64,000 nt of DNA from Antedon mediterranea (Eukaryota; Animalia; Echinodermata), in contig NC_092678.1 in NCBI RefSeq assembly GCF_964355755.1, positions 10,972,352 through 11,036,351 on the forward strand, given 5' to 3'. Shown here one piece after another: positions 10,209-21,949 of this stretch (position 1 is the first letter of the stretch; every line of letters begins with the position of its first letter). The notes under the pieces were generated by a model. It made no database searches. It had not been told where the DNA came from and saw nothing but the letters and a program-made list of their open reading frames with translations. Made by a program: the position numbers and the translations under genes.

Positions 10209-10543
10209 ACTTTATAATATTAATTATTAATCAAATATCAGAAACAATTTAGTGTATATGTAAACTCTCACTTTTTCAATCAAGGTTACAAATCAAAAAT
10301 CAAAATGGTTTCGACTTACCCCAAATGCTTCGGATCCAATTAAAAATGAATTAAAGGAATGCAAAAGTGTTCAAAATTGTCTAAATGTTCAAACAACGAA
10401 TTAAAGAAATGTTAAAGGTGTTCATCAATGTTCAAAAATAAGTAAATGTTTAAAAAAAACGATCAAAAAAAAAACGGCGTGAAGTTGAAAGTGTCCAAAC
10501 GAAACAGTTCTTGTCCGCTTGCTTCTGTTTTGATTCTTCTTGG

Positions 10544-10748
10544 GTCTTCCTCGATTATCTTCTTTGTCCTTATCCAATGGTTATAATTTGATAAAATTTC
10601 TGCTTGTCTAGATTTCATTCAAATATAATTTCAGCTTGTCTTTTGTGTCTTCCTCGATTATCTTCTTTGTCTTCATCCAATGGTAATAATTTGATAAAAT
10701 TTCTGCTTGTCTCGATCTCATTCAAATATAATTTCAGCTTGTCTTTTG
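10544..10748. repeat. 103-bp tandem duplication in the retrotransposon 5' leader
   Basis: GTCTTCCTCGATTATCTTCTTTGTC...TTCAGCTTGTCTTTT occurs at 10544 and again at 10647, with a few mismatches. Confidence 0.9.
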
Positions 10749-10866
10749 AGTCAAAGTAAATTTCTGGTTTTCTCCTTTCAAACAAATATGGTTATTTTTG
10801 TCTTCGTCTTCGTCTTCGTGTCTTGTTAAGTGTTTATTTCTTGTTTTCTCACTCCGTTCCTTATGA

Positions 10867-10884
10867 AATTTGGGTCTTCCACCA
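10867..10884 (-). promoter_or_regulatory. Primer binding site (PBS)
   Basis: Minus strand TGGTGGAAGACCC... directly follows the CA end of the 5' LTR. TGG is complementary to the tRNA CCA end. The primer tRNA is not certain (TGGTGGA fits the 3' end of tRNA-Ala over 7 nt). Confidence 0.75.
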
Positions 10885-11512
10885 TGTAATATAATGTTTT
10901 GGGTTGCTGTACTAATGAAAGACTCTAACTCGCTTGACTGTCGTAACACATATATTATTTATTCAGTATAATACTTCAGTACAATATACAACTATAAGTA
11001 TAGATAAGGAACGGACGGTCAATGATGCTGTCAGTGAGGTGTGAAGTGTGTAGGTCTGCTTCTGAAGAAGTGGCTGTGAGGTGGGTGCTCCGTGAGGTGG
11101 CTGTAAGGTGTGTGCTCCGTGAGGTGGCTGTAAGGTGTGTCTGGGCCCTTCTGAAACTTGGGGCTCAGTTCATTTGCATAATGTCATTACATCATCTGTG
11201 AGGGTAACGATTGGTCCTAAGTTGATCCAGGGGTGTCTAAGTGGGAATGATTAACGGTATAATAAGGTAATTCTGTGATGGATGACACTGTCAAATCTGT
11301 ACTTAAATAGTGTCAATCACTCCTGGTTTAACGATGGGAAAGTCACAAAATTAAGCTAAGTGTTCTCTTTAGGGACTCTATTATAAACTAAATGGTCATT
11401 AAAACATCTGGACAAACTCTCCTCCGGACTTTCTGGGTCAAGTTTGTGAACCTATTTAAATTCCGATACAGAGGTCGATTTCTTAAATATAAAAGTATAT
11501 CGTTATATTACA
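10885..11512 (-). repeat. 5' LTR (628 bp, TG...CA)
   Basis: Begins TGTAATATAATG and ends CGTTATATTACA (11/12 terminal inverted repeat). About 99% identical to 3386-4012 by eye. Confidence 0.95.
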
Positions 11513-14500
11513 TTAATGTGATTTTAAGCACTTTGATGTTTTGGTATAACCAAGTTTCATCGAAATGCACAAAATGGTCTAAAACGTCTCCAAATGCGAT
11601 TTAAAGCTATTCTAGACCCTTTGATGTTTTGTGTGAAGAAGTTTTCTCGAAATGCTCAAAATGGTCTAAAACGTTTTCCAATACCATATTAAGCTATTTT
11701 GTGCAATTTGATGTTTTTGTGTAACCAAGTTTTTTCGAAAATCACAAAATTGTCTAAAACGTCTCCGAATGCGATTTGAAGCTCTTCGGTACACTTTGAT
11801 GTTTTGTGTGAAAAAGTTTTGTCGAAATGCTCAAAATGGTCTAAAACGTTTTTAAATACGATATTAAGCTGTTTTGTGCACTTTGATGATTTGTGTGAAA
11901 AGTTTTAACGAAATGCTCAAAATGGTCTAAAACGGTTTCTAATGTGATTTTAAGCACTTTGATGTTTTTGTGTAACCAAGTTTTTTCGAAAATCACAAAA
12001 TGGTCTAAAACGTCTCCAAATGCGATTTGAAGCTATTCTGTACACTTTGATGTTTTGTGTGAAAAAGTTTTCACGAAATGCTCAAAATGGTCAAAAACGG
12101 TTTCTAATGTGATTTTAAGCACATTGATGTTTTTGTGTAACCAAGTTTTTTCGAAAATCACAAAATGGTCTAAAACGTCTCCAAATGCGATTTGAAGATT
12201 TTCTAGGCACTTTGGTGTTTTTATGTTAACAAGTTTTTTCGAAAATCACAAAATGGTCTAAAACGTCTCCAAATGCGATTTGAAGATATTCTGAGCACTT
12301 TGGTGTTTTTATGTTAAAAAGTTTTTTCGATAATCACAAAATGGTCTAAAACGTCTCCAAATGCGATTTGAAGCTCTTCTGTACACTTTGATGTTTTGTG
12401 TGAAAAAGTTTTGTCAAAATGCTCAAAATGGTCTAAAACGTTTTTAAAACGATATTAAGCTATTTTGTGCTCTTTGATGTTTTTGTATAACCAAGTTTTT
12501 TCGAAAATCACAAAATGGTCTAAAACGTCTCCGAATGCGATTTGAAGCTCTTCTGTACACTTTGATGTTTTGTGTGAAAAAGTTTTGTCGAAATGCTCAA
12601 AATGGTCTAAAACGTTTTTAAATACGATATTAAGCTGTTTTGTGCACTTTGATGATTTGTGTGAAAAGTTTTAAAGAAATGCTCAAAATGGTCTAAAACG
12701 GTTTCTAATGTGATTTTAAGCTGTTTGATGTTTTTGTGTAACCAAGTTTTTTTCGAAAATCACAAAATGGTCTAAAACGTCTCCAAATGCGATTTGAAGC
12801 TTTTCTAAGCACTTTGGTATTTTTATGTTAACAAGTTTTTTCGAAAATCACAAAATGGTCTAAAACGTCTCCAAATGCGATTTGAAGATATTCTGAGCAC
12901 TTTGGTGTTTTTATGTTAAAAAGTTTTTTCGAAAATCACAAAATGGTCTAAAACGTCTCCAAATGCGATTTGAAGCTATTCTGTACACTTTGATGTTTTG
13001 TGTGAAAAAGTTTTAACGAAATGCTCAAAATGGTCTAAAACGGTTCTAATGTGATTTTAAGCACTTTGATGTTTTTATATAACCAAGTTTCATCGAAATG
13101 CACAAAATGGTCTAAAACGTCTCCAAATGCGATTTAAAGCTATTCTAGACACTTTGATGTTTTGTGTGAAAAAGTTTTCTCGAAATGCTCAAAATGGTCT
13201 AAAACGTTTTCCAATACCATATTAAGCTATTTTGTGCAATTTGATGTTTTTGTGTAACCAAGTTTTTTCGAAAATCACAAAATTGTCTAAAACGTCTCCG
13301 AATGCGATTTGAAGCTCTTCTGTACACTTTGATGTTTTGTGTGAAGAAGTTTTCTCGAAATGCTCAAAATGGTCTAAAACGTTTTCCAATACCATATTAA
13401 GCTATTTTGTGCAATTTGATGTTTTTGTGTAACCAAGTTTCATCGAAATGAACAAAATGGTCTAAAACGTCTCCGAATGCGATTTGAAGCTCTTCTGTAC
13501 ACTTTGATGTTTTGTGTGAAAAAGTTTTGTCGAAATGCTCAAAATGGTCTAAAACGTTTTTAAATACGATATTAAGCTGTTTTGTGCACTTTGATGATTT
13601 GTGTGATAAGTTTTAACGAAATGCTCAAAATGGTCTAAAACGGTTTCTAATGTGATTTTAAGCACTTTGATGTTTTTGTGTAACCATGTTTTTTCGAAAA
13701 TCACAAAATGGTCTAAAACGTCTCCAAATGCGATTTGAAGCTTTTCTAAGCACTTTGGTGTTTTTATGTTAACAAGTTTTTTCGAAAATCACAAAATGGT
13801 CTAAAACGTCTCCAAATGCGATTTGAAGCTATTCTGTACACTTTGATGTTTTGTGTGAAAAAAGTTTTGTCGAAATGCTCAAAATGGTCTAAAATGTTTT
13901 TAAAACGATATTAAGCTATTTTGTGCTCTTTGATGTTTTTGTGTAACCAAGTTTCATCGAAATGAACAAAATGGTCTAAAACGTCTCCAAATGCGATTTG
14001 AAGCTTTTCCAAGCACTTTGCTGTTTTTATGTTAACAAGTTTTTTCGAAAATCACAAAATGGTCTAAAACGTCTCAAAATGCGATTTGAAGGTATTCTGA
14101 GCACTTTGGTGTTTTTGTGGGAAAAGTTTTAACGAAATGCTCAAAATGGTCTAAAACGGTTTCTAATGTGATTTTAAGCACTTTGATGTTTTTGTATAAC
14201 CAAGTTTCATCGAAATGCACAAAATGGTCTAAAACTTCTCCAAATGCGATTTAAAGCTATTTTAGACACTTTGAAGTTTTGTGTGAAAAAGTTTTCTCGA
14301 AATGCTCAAAATGGTCTAAAACGTTTTCCAATACCATATTAAGCTATTTTGTGCAATTTGATGTTTTTGTGTAACCAAGTTTCATCGAAATGAACAAAAT
14401 GGTCTAAAACGTCTCCGAATGCGATTTGAAGCTCTTCTGTACACTTTGATGTTTTGTGTGAAAAAGTTTTGTCGAAATGCTCAAAATGGTCTAAAACGTT

Positions 14501-16196
14501 TTTAAATACGATATTAAGCTGTTTTGTGCACTTTGATGATTTGTGTGATAAGTTTTAACGAAATGCTCAAAATGGTCTAAAACGGTTTCTAATGTGATTT
14601 TAAGCACTTTGATGTTTTTGTGTAACCAAGTTTTTTCGAAAATCACAAAATGGTCTAAAACGTCTCCAAATGCGATTTGAAGCTATTCTGTACACTTTGA
14701 TGTTTTGTGTGAAAAACTTTTCACGAAATGCTCAAAATGGTCAAAAACGGTTTCTAATGTGATTTTAAGCACATTGATGTTTTTGTGTAACCAAGTTTTT
14801 TCAAAAATCACAAAATGGTCTAAAACGTCTCCAAATGCGATTTGAAGCTTTTCTAAGCACTTTGGTGTTTTTATGTTAACAAGTTTTTTCGAAAATCACA
14901 AAATGGTCTAAAACGTCTCCAAATGCGATTTGAAGATATTCTGAGCACTTTGGTGTTTTTATGTTAAAAAGTTTTTTCGATAATCACAAAATGTTCTAAA
15001 ACGTCTCCAAATGCGATTTGAAGATATTCTGAGCACTTTGGTGTTTTTATGTTAAAAAGTTTTTTCGAAAATCACAAAATGGTCTAAAACGTCTCCAAAT
15101 GCGATTTGAAGCTCTTCTGTACACTTTGATGTTTTGTGTGAAAAAGTTTTGTCAAAATGCTCAAAATGGTCTAAAACGTTTTTAAAATGATATTAAGCTA
15201 TTTTGTGCTCTTTGATGTTTTTGTATAACCAAGTTTTTTCGAAAATCACAAAATGGTCTAAAACGTCTCAAAATGCGATTTGAAGGTATTCTGAGCACTT
15301 TGGTGTTTTTGTGTGAAAAGTTTTAACGAAATGCTCAAAATGGTCTAAAACGGTTCTAATGTGATTTTAAGCACTTTGATGTTTTTGTATAACCAAGTTT
15401 CATCGAAATGCACAAAATGGTCTAAAACGTCTCCAAATGCGATTTAAAGCTATTCTAGACACTTTGATGTTTTGTGTGAAAAAGTTTTCTCGAAATGCTC
15501 AAAATGGTCTAAAACGTTTTCCAATACCATATTAAGCTATTTTGTGCAATTTGATGTTTTTGTGTAACCAAGTTTTTTGAAATGCGATTTGAAGATATTC
15601 TGAGCAGTTTGGTGTTTTTATGTTAAAAAGTTTTTTCGAAAATCACAAAATGGTCTAAAACGTCTCCAAATGCGATTTGAAGATATTCTGAGCACTTTGG
15701 TGTTTTTATGTTAAAAAGTTTTTTTCGAAAATCACAAAATGGTCTAAAACGTCTCCAAATGCGATTTGAAGCTATTCTGTACACTTTGATGTTTTGTGTG
15801 AAAAAGTTTTAACGAAATGCTCAAAATGGTCTAAAACGGTTTCTAAGGTGATTTTAAGCACTTTGATGTTTTTGTGTAACCAAGTTTTTTCTTAAATCAC
15901 AAAATGGTCTAAAACGTCTCCAAATGCGATTTGAACCTTTTCTAAGCACTTTGGTGTTTTTATGTTAACAAGTTTTTTCGAAAATCACAAAATGGTCTAA
16001 AACGTCTCCAAATGCGATTTGAAGATATTCTGAGCACTTTGGTGTTTTTATGTTAAAAAGTTTTTTCGAAAATCACAAAATGGTCTAAAACGTCTCCAAA
16101 TGCGATTTGAAGCTATTCTGTACACTTTGATGTTTTGTGTGAAAAAGTTTTGTCGAAATGCTCAAAATGGTCTAAAACGTTTTTAAAACGATATAA
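11513..16196. repeat. 87-88-bp satellite array, segment 2
   Basis: Same monomers and core as segment 1. Confidence 0.97.
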
Positions 16197-16351
16197 AGCT
16201 GCTTTCACATCGCGCCCGGATTCGGTCCGGCGCCGTGAGAAAATATCGCGAGCGTTGAGCGCGCTTTCACATCGAGCACGAATTCGGTTGTTCGTGTCAC
16301 GTACGTTTATTTTGAATTCAACCAAGTGGAACCAACATTGCAATTTTTGCA

Positions 16352-18461
16352 ATGGAAATCTTTGACAGCGATAGCGATGATCTTGCAATGCTTAGCCTCT
16401 GGCTAAACAAAAAACGCGAACGACAATGGGTCAACATTGTCAATAAAAAAAGAAAGACGCATGGTCAGTTCGAAACTTTAGTCAGAGAAGATCTTGAAGT
16501 GGATCCCGACAAATTTTTTAATTTCTTTAGGTAAGTCTCTAGGCTAACTCATCTACTGTTTAGTGTGTGTGTCGATGTCATGAACTTAATTGTTAATTAT
16601 AGCCTAGTCCGACGGTCAATTGCAACAATATTATGTCATGAGTTTTTTCCGTTATCTTTTTAACTGAATGTGAATAGTTTTTATAATGATAATGATTTGA
16701 GCTTAATCTTAACTAGGCCTAGGCCTAAATATATTGTCGCGTTAAGTTCTTTGTTAGTTAGGCCTTACATTTTTCAAACTTAGTGTTTATGATATAGGCC
16801 TATGTTAGGCCTATACATTGTGTGTCAATGGAAGGAAATAAATGAATGAACAGGGTAGACGATTAGGCCTACAATGTCATAAGCTTATTAGTTTTTGTAA
16901 CCTGTAACACCTATTATTGTAGGCCATATAAAATCTACTAAAATATTGATTTCTGTTGATATTACAACTTGTCTGACTGACTTACTGCATTCATCATTTT
17001 TATGTTTTTATGTTTGTATTCTCTTCCAGAATGACTCAAGTTCAATTTGAGATATTATTTGATTTAATTAAGGATGACATCTCAAAAACAGATACAAATT
17101 TCAGAAAGAGCCTCACACCCAGAGAGCGCCTAGCAATATGTCTAAGGTACGTAAGATTTGATTCTGCTAGTAGTGCAATTTTTATTGACCTAATATACTG
17201 CTCCAAGTGTGTACTAGCCTATAGTAAAACATGATACGATATAGAAAGCCATGTGGGTAACACCTCGCATCTTTATTAAGTGATGCGCACGATACTTAAA
17301 CCTTTTTAATAAAAAAAAACCCAATGTCAATGTTTAGTGCTTATGAAGAGCCGCGCTAAGTAGGACATTTATGATAATTGTACCCATAGAAAAAAGGCGT
17401 TTTTATGCAGACCTACATTGAGTTTATATATTTTTTGTATATCTTTCTCTAGATTCCATGCCTCAGGCATTAGGAATTAGCACAATAAGCGCGATAGTCT
17501 TGGAGGTGGCAGATGCTATCTGGAAAAAACTCCAACCAGTATATATGGCCCCGCCTACTAAAGATGAATGGGCCGACATATCAGCCGATTTTGAAAGACG
17601 GTGGAATTTCCTAAACTGCGTCGGAGCCATTGACGGGAAGCACGTAACAATCAAAGCCCCTGGCAATTCTGGTTCCCTATTTTATAACTACAAGGGAACC
17701 TACTCCATTGTGTTAATGGCCTTAGTAGATGCAAATTACAATGTCATCTGTGTAGACGTTGGCAACTATGGTTCTAGCAGTGATGGAGGAATTTTCTCTA
17801 GAATGCAATTAGAAGAAAATACTTTAGGCATACCACCACCTAAAGTTTTACCAGATATGCCAGAGTTGGGTCCAGTGCCCCATGTGATTGTAGGGGATGA
17901 AGCATTCCCCCTCAAAACAAACGTCATGAGACCATACCCAGGTAATAAGACAGACTGATTTTTATTTTATTATTTATTGCGGTGGCAGGTCTAAAAAAAT
18001 ATAGCAATACTTTGTTGACACCAACACATCATAAAGAATTATTAAATAGAATTATTTATATTTCAGGTAAAAAACTTGACAGAGAAAAAAGGATATACAA
18101 CTACCGCCACAGCCGTGCTAGGCGAATCTCTGAAAATGTCTTTGGCATCCTGGCCAACAAGTTTCGCATTTTTCATCGTAAGCTGGAGCTGAAGCCGGCC
18201 AACGTGGACAAAGTTGTACTGTGTGCAACAGTCCTGCATAATTTTATACGTAAAACGGGGCCAACACCAATGGGGTCAGATGATCCAGATATATCATCAA
18301 TAGAATCAGTAGAAGGCCTACTCAGTTTGGAGCACAGTGGGTTCCACAGTAGCAAAGACGCTATTGACGTCCGAGAAAAACTGTGTAAATGGTTCAGTTC
18401 TGATGTTGGTATTGTCTCGTGGCAGGACCGTTTATGTTTTGGTCATGCGGCAGCAAACTGA
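16352..18461 (+). pseudogene. Harbinger (HARBI1/DDE_Tnp_4-like) transposase, 4 exons, frameshifted
   Basis: GT-AG exons 16352-16530, 17030-17146, 17453-17941 and 18067-18461 give FFNFFRMT...LAICLRFHASG, GAIDGKH, GDEAFPL, PYPG and NYRHSRARRISENVFG. At about 17470 the frame shifts where the usual ~10-aa segment before LGISTI is missing. AATAAA lies at the stop. Confidence 0.88.
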
Positions 18462-18568
18462 ATAAAATATGCCAACCTAAACGAAAGTACACAGTATACC
18501 AAACTGCAAGATGTGTGCTACTACTGTATTTAATAATCAAAATCAAATTATACTAGTACATATGTTAA

Positions 18569-18992
18569 AGCCCCCTTCCCTACGTTTTTTAGATCTAATT
18601 TAAGATCACAAACTATATTTAATGTAAAAATAATACTATATGGTCCTATTGCGATAACTTTTTTCGTCTTTAAACGGTTAAAAATGTGAAAAATAAGTTG
18701 ATTCTAATAATTATAGCGGCCCGCTATAAATCCCAAAATGCATTGCGCGCGGATTGATATTTTTGTTTTTCACCTGTAATTTGCCCACTTTTCGATCGAT
18801 CGTGAGGCCAAAACAAATGGAAGACTCCTAACTTTTCAGCGAAAATACCGGGTAGTGCATTGTTTCTCACTTTTTATCATAATTTACCATAAAACGTACA
18901 TTTAAGACAAGGAATGACATGGTTTAATGTTTTTAAAGTGATATATATGTATTATTTTCCAAAAAACGTCCAAAATTGCAGGGAAGGGGTCT
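18569..18992. mobile_element. Non-autonomous TTAA-targeting element (Kolobok-like MITE) nested in the Harbinger
   Basis: TTAA on both sides (18565-18568 and 18993-18996). AG...CT termini. 15-bp imperfect TIR AGCCCCCTTCCCTAC / GCAGGGAAGGGGTCT. No ORF. Confidence 0.75.
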
Positions 18993-18995
18993 TTA

Positions 18996-19137
18996 AGATC
19001 TGTCTACACTATCAAACTAGTGTAAATGAAGAAAGTGTGATGTGCCCAAATATGGTAGTGATATGACGTCAACATGTCCATATATGGGCATATCACATTT
19101 TCTTTGTCACGTAAAGTTTGATAGTGTAGACAGAGCT
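18996..19137. mobile_element. 142-bp palindromic MITE (Harbinger/Tourist-like) with TTA TSD
   Basis: AGATCTGTCTACACTATCAAACT ... AGTTTGATAGTGTAGACAGAGCT, with inner arms TGTGATGTGCCCAAATATGG / CCATATATGGGCATATCACA. TTA at 18993-18995 and 19138-19140. Confidence 0.85.
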
Positions 19138-19161
19138 TTAGAAATGCTATTATTTTAATTT

Positions 19162-20455
19162 CTATTCTTCACATTGTGCAAGTTCAGTCTCAATCTCAAA
19201 AATCGCATCGCTAATTACCTTTTTAATTTGGATTTGTTTCACTTTTGGGAAGGTTTCAACAGTTTTGAATGCAGATTCAAAAAAATATGCTAATGCATTT
19301 TTCTCTCCTGCCTTTTTCCCTGAAAAATAATCAATTAATACAGCATTCACATCTTCATTTTTGGCTAATTTTCTTTTTGCGGGAGTATGTTTTGGTTTTG
19401 AGGTACTGGGAATATCACCCTCATTAATAATTTCCGATGATGTTCCTTCTTGATCGTCTTGAATAACCTCACGACCATCCAATATAGCAGTGAGAAGATT
19501 TTCGCACTCATCCGGCAAACTGAAATTACTGGTGCTTCTGTAAAACATTAAAAGCAAATGATCAAGGTTATTTTCAAATTCATGTCTCTGTGCATCCTCC
19601 ATCTGTTCTCACTATATAATAAGTCAGATAGTTTTGGTGTAAAATTGATGTGAACACTTATATTAATTTATTTTAAATGTAGTCGACAACTAATATTTGG
19701 TCATAGTGGAGGGGAGTTTATTCAAGGATGTAAAGTAGAATGAGTTATAATACCTTCTTGTACTGACAAATCCATTTAAAAATTGCATTTGGTCAGCCCA
19801 CTTATACTTTCTAAGCTTTCCAGCCAGTCCCTGCCCACTGCGACTCATTTGTCCAACTTTTCTTAAGTATGCAACATAGGCATCCTTGATATTTGTAAAC
19901 TTCTTAGATAATATTTGACCTGAAAAAAGGGGATGTTTATAAATTAAAAATGTTGCAAGCAATACTGTTGGGATAATTTGATACAGTACATAACTATTGA
20001 TAAATGACATGGCAATCAGTTTCTGTTATATTTATAGATACAGCTTTAATAAAGTTGTTTTGTTGAACACAATGTAAACAAATTTTGCCATATTTTTTTT
20101 TGTCCATGCTACTACAGCATTTTTAAAACAATTTCTCCAATCCAAGTACATCCTCAATCATTGACCAACAAAATATATATAATATTACTGTATGTGTAAA
20201 GAGTTACATCTATACAGTCAAACAATTTTGATAAGTCAAGCTTAATTTACTGTTTTATACATAATTTAATACATAACACATTAAGGTCAAACTGAGAGGC
20301 TTACCAGATTCAACTCCAACTTTAATAGCGATTTCATCCCTCACATCATTTTTATGTCGAACATCTTTGTATCGCTTGTCTGACAGATCATATAGGACGC
20401 TATTCTTTTCCACTTCTATGATTAGTTGTTCAGTCTGTTCTTCTGTAAGGGCCAT
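19162..20455 (-). CDS. Harbinger accessory DNA-binding protein (MADF/Myb-SANT N-terminus, BESS-like C-terminus), 3 exons
   Basis: Exons 20455-20305, 19919-19754 and 19537-19162 join in frame through GT-AG introns. They give LIIEVEKNSVLYDLSDKRYKD...KKFTNIKDAY...YKWADQMQFL...FFESAFKTVETFPKVKQIQIKKVISDAI, the typical second Harbinger gene. Confidence 0.85.
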
Positions 20456-21949
20456 TTCTAAATAATAACGGTAGTTTAAAAAATATATTAATTGAATAGA
20501 AAGGTGTATAGTATTAGATACCTAACTATATAACTTGCTACCAATACTTAATACTCAATTATTATTATTGCACTTGTCTTTTGTCAAACTCAGTTGGGAT
20601 AAGCAGAAGGAAGACTGAAAATTAAACTCCCATCACTTATGAAAAATATATAGGCCAAGGTTGTTTTTTGGGAGGGATTAAACCAAAAAAGAAAGAATAA
20701 AAAAACATTTGTTTTAAAATCAAAGACACTAGGCCTAGGGTATAGCCTAGGCCTACTAGAAATAATTTAGATAAGCAGGATTATCATTTTATTTAACAAA
20801 GGTGGTCTATCCAGATGGCTGAAGCTGATCATTAGAGACCCTCACTAGCCTAGCCTACTTACAATCGTCAATATAATAATTCCTAGGCTAGTCAATAAAA
20901 ACAGTTGACATAAAAATAAATCAGGCCTCATAGGCCCTAAATAAAATATCGGCCATATCAGATCACAAAATAATATTAATAATTAATAAAAGACATCCAT
21001 TATTAACAAGTAGCCAGGGGGGCCTATCTATAATCTAAATAAGGCCTCTAGCTAGGCTAGCCTAGGTAGGCCTAGCCTAATAGTTATAATAATTCTATTC
21101 GCAGTAACTAGCCTAGGCTAGGCCTAACATAGCCTAGGCCCCTAGCTAGGCCTAGGGTAGGCCTAGCCTAGTTTCCTTGTTAAATTTATAAAAAAACATT
21201 AGGCATATTAGGCTAGTTAGGCCTACCTCTAGCTAGGCTATAGCCTACCTTTTTTAGATACAGAGCAGAGACGAGAGTACAAAGTCAAGCGGGATGTAGG
21301 CCTAGAAGCGACCCAACGGTATAACTAAATTAATAACTAACTAAACCTAGGCCTAATGCTAGGCTAGGATGAAAACAGCGCGCCTACCGACCTACCGTCT
21401 GATGATGGTTGCATGGAGATCAGATCGCGCACTAACTACTAGCCTATAGCGTACTGCTAGCTGCTGTAGCTAGAAGGCCTAGGCTAGGCTAGGCCTACAA
21501 TAGCCTAGTTAGTAACTAACTAGTATTAATAACAGAAATATACTTATCTTAATAATCTAAAGTATGATTCCAGCTAATTGCAGGATACGGCTATGCTTTA
21601 AAAAAAACAATTGTTCGAGCAAATAACACTAAAAAAGGAAAGGGGCTCCACCAAAATTCACGTCGCACATTGATTTTATGATCGTGGCGCGGAAAAGAGC
21701 AGACAACCTCTCCTCCTCCTCGAAAGGTCATTCATGCTCGCTTTTGATTGGTCGAAAGAAAAAAATCGTACGATTTCAGAAAAGAAATGGCTTCGTGATC
21801 CATCGCTACGAATTCGGAGCCCGAATCAGGTACGGATTCAAATCGTACGAATTTGGTGTGAACGACCTTATGCTTTACCACTGAACCCATTTTCCACGAT
21901 AAATTTCTCAGGCCACCGGACCGAATCCGGGCGCGATGTGAAAGCAGCT

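Larger units (their letters stand above)
3386..11512 (-). mobile_element. Ty3/Gypsy LTR retrotransposon, nearly full length, inserted in the 88-bp satellite
   Basis: Two ~620-bp direct LTRs, a PBS, a PPT, gag, and pol in Gypsy order PR-RT-RNaseH-IN on the minus strand. Satellite monomer order continues across the insertion. Confidence 0.97.
16197..21949. mobile_element. PIF/Harbinger DNA transposon (two convergent genes), inserted in the 88-bp satellite
   Basis: 34-bp perfect TIR AGCTGCTTTCACATCGCGCCCGGATTCGGTCCGG (16197-16230 and 21916-21949), extending imperfectly to about 55 bp. Flanked by TAA and TTA at a satellite GATATTAAGCT site. Encodes a HARBI1-like DDE nuclease and a MADF protein. 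Confidence 0.95.

Noticed and set aside
16352-18461. Domesticated host HARBI1 gene
   Set aside because: It is bounded by TIRs and TSD-like flanks inside a satellite, paired with a MADF gene, and frameshifted.
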